Below are positions 12,801 to 24,800 of a DNA stretch of 64,000 nt, piece after piece; position 1 is the first letter of the stretch; each line of letters begins with the position of its first letter. Both the position numbers and the translations under genes were made by a program. The stretch covers positions 930,001 to 994,000 of the forward strand of contig NW_024704743.1 in the NCBI RefSeq assembly GCF_018977255.1, read 5' to 3'. A model generated the notes under the pieces. It ran no database searches. It saw only the letters and a program-made list of their open reading frames with translations, and was not told the DNA's origin. The stretch comes from Callorhinchus milii (taxonomy: Eukaryota).

Positions 12801-15800
12801 ATTCAAAAAAAAATGTGGTCACTCAATCCAGGATTACTATTATTTGCCAGGATTACTATTATTAGATATCACGTCATCATCCTATTGTGACGATGGCTCA
12901 AAACTCTCAGGAGTTGCCGTGAAGTGTATTTCCGTAAAGTGCGATCGCGAGGCAGTCGATGTGCGCATCAATATCCCACCAACAGCCGTGGAGTGAATGG
13001 CCAATTTTTTTTTAAATCTGGGAGAATTGTTGGCCAGAAACTTCTCTTCTCGAACAGCCCGGCGGGATCTTTAACATCCACCCTGATCAGTTGAACACGA
13101 TGTGCCGCTCGTTTGCTAATATATTACATAATTATATTATAATTATATTATATAATATAATTAAATAGTTATATAATTAAATAATTATATTATTTGCTAC
13201 CTTGCTGCTAAGTGGTGAAGCAGCTCTGTCCCTCGGCACAGCTCCTGGATCAGGACCAGGTACTTGGGTGTGATGTAGGCGGCGTGCAGTTCCACGATGC
13301 TGCGGTGATGGAGTTTCCTCAGTGTTTCATACTCTCTCAGCACGAAGGGATGGTTCTGCCTCTTGTAGGCAGTGATCTTAGCCGCAAATGACTTCCCGGA
13401 GGAGATCTCCGTGCACTCTTTGATAATGCTGGTTCTGCCTCTTGAATACAACGCAGAGTTAAATGATTACCGGCCGCCCGTCAGGCTCACAGACTGTCAT
13501 TAAATGCTGTCACCTTAATGTGCAACTGTATTTATTTAACCAGCGATGAGGGACTTCAATTATGCGGAGAGACGTGATTGTTCTCCTTAGAGCAGAGAAG
13601 GTTAAGGAGAGATTTAATAGAGGTGATCAAAATTAGGAGGAGTGGATAGGGAGAAACTCTTTCCACTGGCAGGTGGGTCGGTAATCAGGGGACATAGATT
13701 TAAGATAATTGGCAAAAGAAACAACAACAACTTGCATTTATATAGCGTCCCGCAACCCTACCGAGGAGATTTTATGTGTATGTGTGTTGTGTGTAAACAA
13801 GACACGTACCTGTTCAATTCTGTACAGAATGTGTATGCCTGATGTACTGGTGTCAGCCTCTTGCCGTGGATGTTGTGCGACTGAACTTCTGGCAGGAAAG
13901 GAGAAAGAGAGAGAGTGGAGTAAAGGACAGATATAAACACAAAAGTGTCCTGTCGAGGCAAATTGCAGTGTTGGGGGCGCGTGGGGGGGGGTGTGGGAGG
14001 CGAAGGGGGGGAGTAAGGAAAGAGTCAACATAAAATGTAAATGCAGAAAAACACAGGCTTTGATTTGTCATGTTGACATGATATGTTTTTTCTCTGGATA
14101 TTTTCACAAGACCTATATAGGAAGGTCCACTTCACTCTTTAATGTGGGCATTACATTACCGGTCTCTCCAATGACAACTTCCACAGACGGCTGACTAAAT
14201 GGTCCTTTTCCAGCCTTGTTGAAGCATCCGATCTTGAAGGAATATGCTTCACCTTTCTGCAAGTTAGTGGCGTAATAGTTGCATTCGGAGCTATCCGATG
14301 AAATAGTTTTCCAGCTTTCACCTATATATATATATATAAAACATATATATTTATATAATAAACACACAAATAAAGAACAGTTTACCACACATTAGCACAC
14401 ACTAGGACTTTTTACGTTTTGCCCAAATACACAGTCAATTCGCTTTACAGTGTATATCCTGTGAAGTGCTTTGAGACGTCTCTCGAAGACGTGATAAGGC
14501 GCTGTGTCAAATGCAAACATTATTATTATTACTATTATCCCAACCCACCCTTTCTCCGACACTCGATGACGTATGTTACTGGCGTGTTGGATTCCACAGG
14601 CTTCCAGATCACGAGGGCTCCATCGTCAGAGACCTGAGCTACTTCAGGTGAATCCGGGCGATGAGGCACAGCTACAGCGAAAAACAGAGTGAAACAAATA
14701 TTGCTCATTGCTCAGCTTCTACTAAACAACAGGCAGTGTGAGACTGAGTGTGGGGGCCACCCCCACAGTTCCCTGGACCACTGGCCAAAATCACTTTCCA
14801 GGGGGGTAATAATCCCTCCCCCACCTCCCAAAATTGATCCCTCATTCCACGTCCTATTGGCTGCTCACAAAATACACAGTCGCTCCACTTTCCAATTTAT
14901 TCCGTGAAGCGCTTTGAGACGTCTCAACGACGCCGATGAGGCGCCGCGTCAAAGGCAAGGACCACGGAAGCCGTGTAGGCTCCAGCAAGAAGGTTCCACT
15001 CGCAGCAGGTCCGAGCAGCCCATAGATGAAAGGGATCTTAACGAGGCTCATGAATTGTCACCAGAGTTTACTGCACGAGGCAGAGATTTTCAGGGCATCG
15101 ATTACCTGCACCAGTCACACAGCAGCCAGTCGAGGCTTTACCCAAGCTGTTTTCAGCCACACATTCGTAACGTCCAAGGTCTTCCTCGGTCACGCTCCAG
15201 ATTGTTACCAGCTGGCATCCTTGGACTGTAGCTGACAATTTCATTCGTTTACTGCTGCAAATCGGCAGGTCATCTGAAGCGAAATCATAGAAAAAATTGA
15301 AGGCTCGTCTCACTTGGTTTATTTTTTGGTGCGCCACAATCCTGACCCTTGGCCAAAATGTCATCGGCGGTGCCCTGGAGTAGCGTGGACCTGCCTCGCT
15401 CAGGAACCGGAGTAGAGACCATCACGGAGAGTGGATTCTGACATTCAGATGTCAAACACGTCACCCGAAGCCATTGCAGCTACAACGACCCCAGCTTACC
15501 TCCCACCCTGCCCCCCCACACATCCGATACACGCAGGTGTGAGCCCTCACTAGGTCCGTGTAATAATAATAAATCATCCTTCCATTTGATATAGCGCCTT
15601 ATCACGTCGTTGAGACTGCTCAAAGCGTTTTACTGAATGTACAGCACTGTAAAGTATATTTTGCAGGTGATGTTTTGGGATATACTTAACAACTGCAACT
15701 ATGACAGAGAGGGAGGGAGGGAGGGAGGGAGAGAGAGAGAATCCCCATCAGTTTGGGTTCCATTCAAACTACAGAACAGCGCTAACATACAAGAGTGGAA

Positions 15801-18800
15801 CAAGACACAAATCTAACCTTTGAACCAGTAGATTGCAGGGTTCGGTCGGCCTGAGGGGGTACAGGACAGGGTCACGGACTGGTTCAAGACCACCAACTGG
15901 TTTTGGAGGCCTTCGAGAAAAGATGGCGCTGAAAAAAAAACCCCACGAGTAATGTAAATAAAATCATAATAATAATAATGATCCTAGCATTTGATATCAA
16001 ACCTTATCCCATCGATGAAAGGTCTCAAGGCATTTTACTTTGAAAGATGGTGAATATATTTGTAGGCAAATGCAAGCGGTTAATTTGCACACCGCATTGC
16101 CACACAATCACCCATGAAGTGAAGGACGTCCCAAGGCGCTGGGTAGCTAAGGGTTTGCACCTGAGCTGAGGTTGGAGGGTAGGGGGAGTGGGGCAGGGAG
16201 TGTGGCCGAAGGCGCGATCAAAGGAGAAGGACTTGAGATGGCCCTTGAAGGAGGTGAGAGAGGGGGTGAGGCCGGGGGAGTTCCAGAGGGTAGGGAACTA
16301 ATGCTACATTACTTACCTGGAGAAGTTCGGAACCATTAGAGCAATGATTACATTCAGCAATGTTACCTTTCTCCTTTGGTTTTGTGCCGGGAAATTGGAA
16401 TGAAAACAATCGAGATTTTTTCTTTGGAGAGTCACTGGGGACATCCCCAGAGGGTGTTGGTAAATCCTCCGGCTTCTCCTCCGCCCCTGCATAAAATGAG
16501 GAAATGTTAGGACAACCGACTTCGAAAATGGCTTCCGTTTCTTTTCACGTTTTGATCTTAATATTGACGACTGCAACGTGCCATAGACCAGAGGAAAGAT
16601 ATTTGTACAAATCCTCTCATTCCCATCTCCGTAAACGCTGCTAATGTTTATTGCCAATGATCCGGGCGTTTTAACAATCACCACAAAGAGACCATTGTGA
16701 AGTAGACCTCCTATAAACGATGGGACATAATAATCCTTGCAGTTGATGTAGCGCCTTTTTCACGTCGTTGAGACGTTTCAAAGCGCTTCACAGAACATAT
16801 ATTGTAAAGTGAATTGACTGTATATTTTGTGGGTGAAACGCGGCAGCTAATTGCACACAGCGGAGTCCCACAAACAGCCTTGGATCGAGTGACTCGGTTG
16901 CTTCAAAGCCTCCCTGCGCCTACGTACCATCTTCAAGTGCGATTGGAGCAGATTTTGACGGCATCTTCACAATCTCCATGTACTGGCTTTGATCCAATTC
17001 CACTTTCAACGGGTCTGGTCTGGCTGGTGTCTCGTCTGATTCCCCTTTCTGTCTCTCCTGTCGGCCAGAGTTTTCAGCTGCACTTCTGCCTTCCAGGCTG
17101 GCAGGCAACGGCTTACTTTTCTTCTTACCCTTTAGTTCCCGTAAGCGCTCGTGTGAGTCTAAATCCTGTAACACAGAGAGAGAATATCGACTCCTCCCGT
17201 CCTCTTTGTCCGCCAAACCTCGGTCCCAGTTTAATGAGGTGGACCTCCTGAACAATCCTAAAAGGCCGGCTTTGCCAAACTTCGTTGACGTAGACCTGGG
17301 GAGCGTCTCAGCGTGGGATTCGCTGCGAGACAAGCTTGTGTCGCTTGAAGAAGCCGAACTCTTCGAACCTCTCGAGGTCTTGAAGGTTTTCTTCAGACTT
17401 TGAAAAGTTTGGTGCATCTTCCGTTCCAACGATGACTTTCGCGTCTTGTCGGACTCTCCCTCAGCCTCGTCCCCAGCCCCACCATTGCCTTCATCCAGCT
17501 CAGTATCGTCAAGCAATTGCAGCATATCCGATTCCCATATATCTACGGCCAAGTCTCTGTAGCCATCGTCCATTAATCCAGTCTCATCGCACGAGACTTC
17601 AGATGATGCAGCAGACATTGTATCTTCTGATTGAATGGCGCTTGCTGCCTCAGTATCACCTAAAGGAAATTGTTCTTTAGATACATAGCCTGCAGGAATG
17701 GGTCTGTTTTTTGAGATGCTCTTCTCTTCAAACTCTTTAGACCTAAGCAATTCACTGCTACATGGGTCAGACAGGTCAAAGTAATCAGTCTCTACTTTAA
17801 CCGCATCGAAGTATGAAGAACTGGTGTTTTCTCTTGAGGCTTCCTCCTGACATTGGCTGGTGAGATCTGAGGCGGGGGCTGAGGAGGGTCTGCTGGGACA
17901 CTTGGAAGAACCTTGCGAGTCAGGACACTTGCTCTGAGAAACAGAAGGTAAAACACTGGGGTCATCAGAATACTGCTTCACGGACCCCGAGCCAACGAAG
18001 CCAATTCCTTCATTGGAAGCTGTTGACGCTGCTCGGGTTGTGGTTTGTGGTTCTGGTGATCCCCACCAGAAAGCACTGGCCCCTGCCTCTGAACATCGTT
18101 CGTGACTCTCTGAGCTGCTGGTGAGACAGATCTTCTTTCCCACGCCCAACCCTAAATCGGTCCCTGTTTCTGGGCATGGTGAAGACACAAAGCCAATGTG
18201 GGCAGATTGGTTTACCTTGGCTGCCAACGGAATACCTTTGGTGGAATATTTTAAACCATATCTTAAACCTTTGGCCTCTTCAGCTAATCCAGACCGGCTC
18301 TCCATCACTGCTGAATCCCGTTGGCCTAAGTAAACGGGTCGTGCTATATTGGAATAATGAGCGAAAACCACTGCGCTGGAGTCTGGCTCGGAGTCCTCAT
18401 CACACAGCAGAAAGGGCTTCAATGTGTCGCTCTCGGATTCTCTGGCTGCGGGCTGAGCTAGGACCTTGGTTTCGAGCTCATCGAGTGACTTGATTTTTCT
18501 TGAACTCTGCTCGACAAAATAAAGCAAACTATCGGCAGTTGGGACTGGGCTGACTGAAGCCGACCCCAATGCTCTGTCTGCTGTTAGGTCCTGTGCGTCC
18601 GTCTGAAAGCACTCCAGCAGCGGCTGCCGTAGCCCACTTACGTTTCCTGTCGAGTAGCCGGCCTGCACAATGCGTTTCCTCATGCTTTCGAGGCTACTTG
18701 AGTATTGACCTTGCTCTGCGGACGGATCTCTGCTCAGTTGCAAAGGACTTGCCTGCACATCACTGTAGAAGGTGCTTCTGATAACACTGTGTCTTGGTAA

Positions 18801-21800
18801 AAGAGTGCACGGGGGCTTAGAGCTTCCATCTACTGACGCCTGAGCCCTTTCCTCTCCCTGTATTGGAAGTGCAAGAGCCCGATCGGCTGAGATTCCTCGC
18901 ACTGAGCTGCTGGTTGTCGCTCCCTCCTCTGCAGGAAAGTCACCTTTTCCCACAGTAGCTGCTTGAGAGACGGAGGATTCCATGCTGCTTTTACTCAGAC
19001 GGAGCTCTGCAAGGGGTTGAGAACATATATTCGTCGATTCCGCTCCTTCAGGAAAGCCCCACGAGCCCAGCTCGGATATTATCTGCGGTTGCCTTTCAAC
19101 AGCGACACTGCTGCTTAAGACCGACCCGTAGCTCTTGTCGCCATTGCTACCTTGGACTGAAAAGTCGCTCGAGGAAGAAACAGATCCCCGTTGTTGTTCC
19201 CTTTGTTCCTTTCCATCCCCCGAATGCTTGAGGTTCTTCTGCGTGCCCAGGTTGGCAGCTGGAGCGGTGAACGCCTTTGTAGGGTAGCTGGAGTCTTCCA
19301 AATCGGAGGAGGAGGCGCTGGGGGTGGACGAGCTGTGTTCTTTAAGCAGGTGTCGAGGCATTCCGAGAGAGGAGCCCTCGGGGGCTGTGCCCAACAAGCC
19401 GGGTATCGATCGCATCACAAGTACTGATCTGTAGCACGTCAGGGAACGCTGTAAATAACAACACGTCAAGGACAGCACATTCAGGCTTGGTTTAACAACA
19501 ACAATAATAATCCTGGCCTTTGCTATGGCGCCTTAGCGCATCAGACGGACGTCTCAAAGCACCTCACGGGATTTACTGCCAAATGGAGTGACTGTGTACT
19601 TGTAGGCAAACGCGACAGCACTATTGCGCCCGGCAATGTCTCACAAACAGCCATGAAACGAGTGCCCGATTTTATTTGGGGGCTTTTGGCCCGGACACGG
19701 GGAGAGAGAGAGACTCCCTTCTCTTTTCAAACAGCTATGAGATCTCTAACGTTCACTTGAACAGACAGACGGGACCTCGGTTTAACATCTCATCAGAAGG
19801 ACAACAACAACCATGACAAGATTACATTTGTACAGCGCCTTTCACGTCGGGAGGACGTCCCAAGGCGCTGGACAGTGTACAGCGTTTCAGACCCAAGCTG
19901 GGGAGAAGGGAGGGGAGGGGAAGGAGGGTGGCCGATGGCGTGGTCGAAGAGAAGGGTTTTGAGGCGGGACTTGAAGGAGGCTAAGGAGGGGGCGAGGCGG
20001 AGTGACCGGGGGAGACAGCACCTCTGACAATGTGGCACCCCCAGCGCTACATTGGAGTGTCAATTTAGACTATGTGAGTTCAAATTCTGACATGTCATTG
20101 GAACCCACAACATTCTGACTTGGGGCTGAGACTGCTACCACTGAGCCAGACTGGCACTGGTTTATTTGACGGGCGCTAAATACTGAGCTAACAAAACATA
20201 TACTTGTAGCTAGATCTTCAGCCTTTTATTCCACACCATAACAGCCACTGTATAAACTATCAATCCATCAGCACCACCAATTGTAGGACATTGTAGCCCA
20301 TCACAATTGGATGCGTTAATTACTTTCTCTCCCAAATCATTGAGTACAAATCCAACCAGCAAAGACTTACAAATACGCATTAGGCAAACAACCATTTATC
20401 TGGAGGATTGCTAGCCAGGACACCAGGAAAAACTACCTTCTATTTTCAAATAGTGCTGTTAGGATCTCTAACATTCGCCTGAACAGGCAGATGAAACTTT
20501 GGCTCAGTATCTCAGCTGATGGTCAACAATCTTCTGACCTGCAGCCAAGAGAGTTACCAACTGAGCTGACATTTATCCTCTCGCAGTTATTCCCTTACCT
20601 GCCAGTTGTTTCTTGATATGAAGAATTTCAATCGTTTTGTTTTAATCGTGCATGCCTCTTGGACTTCTTGTTTTTCCTGGGAAAAAAAGGTACACTTCAA
20701 TTAAACTCACTCCCCTCGGATAATGACAACTAACTTACACAAGGAGAGATGTGTGTAGTGTATGATCATTTTCACTGATCGTGAGCCAGTGACTCGAGAG
20801 CATCAATTTAAGTTTAATTACCAAAGAAGGAAATAGGAATATTGGGAGGATTTATTCTTTACACAGAGGGTTGTTAGGATGTGGAATGCCTTATCAGATA
20901 AGGGGTCAACACCAGATCCATATTTCAACTCATCTCGTTCCATGATACTGACACTACTCTCTTCCCATTACAGTTTCAAGCTGTTTCTTAAATAAGTCCT
21001 CTATCCTCACCTGAATCAACCTTACACTGCAATATACATTTATATAGTGCCTTTCACATTGGGAGGATTTAAAGCACTTGACCTTATAGGTCTTACTGGC
21101 TATGGGGGTTGGAATCGAAGGGGAAGATGGCTGAAAGCTGATGGTGAGGCTGAGTGAAGGGAGAGGCCAGGTTGGTAGCCTTCTTGGTAGCCTGTTGCAG
21201 CTGTCATCCCCTCTGTACACAGAGATACTTCCTGGTCTCTCCACCAAAAGGTGTGTCAAGGACATTTGCTCACTCGTATTTACAGTGTGAAAATAAATCA
21301 CTTACCTGAAGCCAACGGTGCGTCAAACACTGTCCTGCTGTTGGCCTGTCCCTAAAGGGAGAAAAACAAACCTGGTTTTATTTAAAATAATCACATTCAA
21401 GTGAGCAACCGATGAGGAAATGTTTGCACCGACATAAGAACATAAGATCGCTGAGCGCAATTGCAGCTTCTTTTCATTGAACAGTTCGTTAACAAAACAG
21501 GGTTTGACTCACTCGGGAACTACTTTGATAATTCCTTCAACAAAATCTCGAGCGTCTTCGCTTACGCACTCCAAATCCCGCTCAGCCCACGAGAAGGACC
21601 CTTCCCTGACGTTCATCAGTGTTGTCTTGTCATTTTCACCGGCGAAGGGGCAACTGCCTGTCAAACTGCAACGCACCACAAACGTGGAGTTAGAACATCT
21701 TTCGCCGTGTGATTACCAACACGGACGATGTGAGAACCGGACTTCGAGCTCTGAACTTTTCTGTAGATCTTTTGCTATTAAATGGACTGAGCGACGGTTG

Positions 21801-24800
21801 AGATTTTGATATAACGGTCTCGCTCCTTGTCTTTCTGTCTGAAAGTCCCACCTCACCACCTACCTCTTTGAAAACCCCCTCCCATTTCACTTCCTTGTTT
21901 GGTGTCTGTCCTTCTAAGGGCTCCGAGACGTTAACCTACTTGAGGAGCGCTGTAAAAATGCAAGCTGTTGTTGTAGTTTTCAATGAAACCTTTTTTTTCT
22001 GAATTACAAGAGTCGTCTTAAGTTTGACTGCGTGACTAGTTTTAGTTCACTGGTGTGTAAGAATCATGGTTCAGAAGCAGCACAGCCATACAGGAATAAT
22101 AATAATAATAATACTTGCATTTGATATAACAAATCTGGCTTCAGTCACACTTCCTAACAATTAATTACTCCCTGGTGTCCATCCTAAAATTGCACTTCAC
22201 AACCTGGAAGTATTATGCTCTTGTCTTGCTGTTTTGACCTATCTGAGTTTATCTTATCTATCTCATTTAGTACCTCAAACACCTGAATTAGGTTTCCCAT
22301 CAGATACCTCTTGAAAGACTGGAGCTAAGTTGAACCAGCAGAATTATACTGGAGACATTTGACTTACCATAAAAATGCGATAACTCCAATAGACCTGTTC
22401 GGGAGAGAAAAAAAATTGATAAAAGTGAGGTGTAATTTAGTAATTATCTCGTCACTACCAATAAACCGTTCCTTAAGAATCTCTAAACCTCAGCTGAGAT
22501 TTCCTCTCCTCCCACCTACACATGGAAATCCCAGAGATAGATGGTTGGAATGGAATGCGCTCTCTCTCTCTCTCTCTGGAGGGACACCCCCCTGCTTACC
22601 CAATTCCGGAGAGTATTAGGCGCAGGTTGGCCAAGGCTTGGGGACCCCAGGGGTAACTGCTGGAGTCTAACCAGCTAAAACCACACGTAGCTTGGCATTA
22701 ATATCTTTGCTCTACGTGTATTTTAATTTTCTAGGAACTTACCATATATCAGTGGCCTTTGAGACTGGATCCTGGCAGACGATTTCAGGGGCCACAAACT
22801 CAGGGGAACCGTATTTGCTGAACTGGCCAGGCGACAGCTCTTGTGCAAACCCAAAATCACATATCTTTATGCTGTCTCTCTCCGGGTGCACCATTAAAAT
22901 GTTGGCTGGCTAATTAAGGAACGAAAAAATGATCGATTTAAATAAAACAGTAACGAAATATTGAGTGACCAGCCAGCGGTATTAAGTTCTTTGAGACATC
23001 CTCTCGAAATGAACCACGCTATACAAATGTGAATGTACTTTGTATTGTACAATTTTAGAACAATGATTTTTAGGACCTGCGAAATTTGATTACTCGATTC
23101 CATTGTCAAATTTCATTTCACACCAAGAATAACAATAACCCTCGTGTCTGATTACAGGCTGTATAATCCCTTCTTCGTGAAGTCTTAAAACGCTTCACAA
23201 AATACGCTGCAAAGCGAATTGACTGTATATATTGTGGGTGAAATCTTGAACAATGCTGTCTTTCCACTTGATGAACCTTGGAATAGACACATATATATAT
23301 ATATACACACACACATACACAAGTTATGAGTTAAGGAGCCACAGTAAGGTATATGAAGGTATATAAAGAATTCATGCCTTGGTTAGTTTAAAGGAATGCA
23401 TCTTACCTTAATATCAAGGTGAAGGATGAGCTTGTCATGGAGATATTGGATCCCTTCCAAAATCTGCTGGATGTAGGTCTTAATCTAGAAACAGCAACAA
23501 AGGCATTCATTCATATTTTACGAATAATAATCATCCTTGCATATGGCATCTTTTATTTCGGGAGGGTATCTCAATGCAAGATTTACTGCAAAGCATCGTG
23601 CCCGAAGGCAAAGGTAGCTACCAAGGCACGTAGGGAGCCTTAAAGCGAATCAATTTATTTGGGAAGAAGTGTTGGCCAGGACACCGGGAGAGCGCCATGA
23701 GATCTTGAACAGGCACAGATGAGACCCTCAGTTTAACGTCTTATCCAAAGCATGTCACAGCCAACAATGCAGCACATATCCCCCAGCGCTGCACTGGACC
23801 TTGGGCCTAGATTGGACAGTTCGAAGTATCAACACATGGTCCAAAATGAAATCCTACCTCGACTTCAGCGACTACATCCTTTTTGAGCAAATGGTCCAAC
23901 AGTTTTTCAGTAGAACATCTGTTAAACGTAGCTCACGAGAATAACAATTGAATAGGAGAGCCTGGAATGCAAGTGTCAGTGGGTTGTTCAGTCATGGGGG
24001 GGGCAGCAAAGCCGAGTATCACATCTTCAAGACGTCTTAAAGCGCTTCGCAGAATATACTGTAAAGTGAATTGACGGATATTTTGTGGGTGAAATGCGGC
24101 AGCCAATTGCACACAGCAGTGTCCCCACAAACAGTTGTGAATTTTTTAAGGGATTATTACCCCAAGAAAGGGGACCACTAATCGACTAACAACCTGGTTC
24201 CCACTTACTTATCTGCTGGGTAAACAGATGCGTGTGGATAAGGAAACTTGCCTAAAGTTTCGCCCTGCCCAGGACTCAAACCCTGGTCCTCTCGCTTGCG
24301 AGGTGAGTGCGCTAACATACTCCTACTTCTTCCTATGCCCCGAACTCTGGAAATCCCTACCTGTACTACTCCGTCTCGCCCTCTCTCTCTTTCTGTCTTT
24401 AAGTCCGCCACAATCCTACCTGTCTGAATGTATCTATTGGCCACTTCCCACTCCCCATCCCCACTTCCTCGGTGTCCCTGTGAAGCATTCTGAGCCGCTG
24501 CCCTGTTTAAAGGGTGTTATTATCAACAACAACTTGTGTTTGTATCGTGCCCTTTACACAGGGTAGCAGGTCGGATCGCTGACAATGATTTCGCTTGACG
24601 CCAAGTTGAGGAGAACGGGGAGATGATCAAAGGCACGGACGAAGAGGAAAGTCTTCAGGCGAAGATGGGCAATGAGGACTCACACAGCGGAGGGACTGAG
24701 GCAGGGAGTTCCCGAGGTTCGAGGCGTGGCTGCTGATAATGGAGTGGGGAGGTCAGGGGCACAAGCTGTTGTTAGTAGGATGTCAAAGGCACAGATGAAC

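Noticed and set aside
22910..22922. TTCCTTAA U12 branch-point-like sequence at an acceptor
   Set aside because: That intron's donor is U2-type (gtaaga) and the motif is too close to the AG
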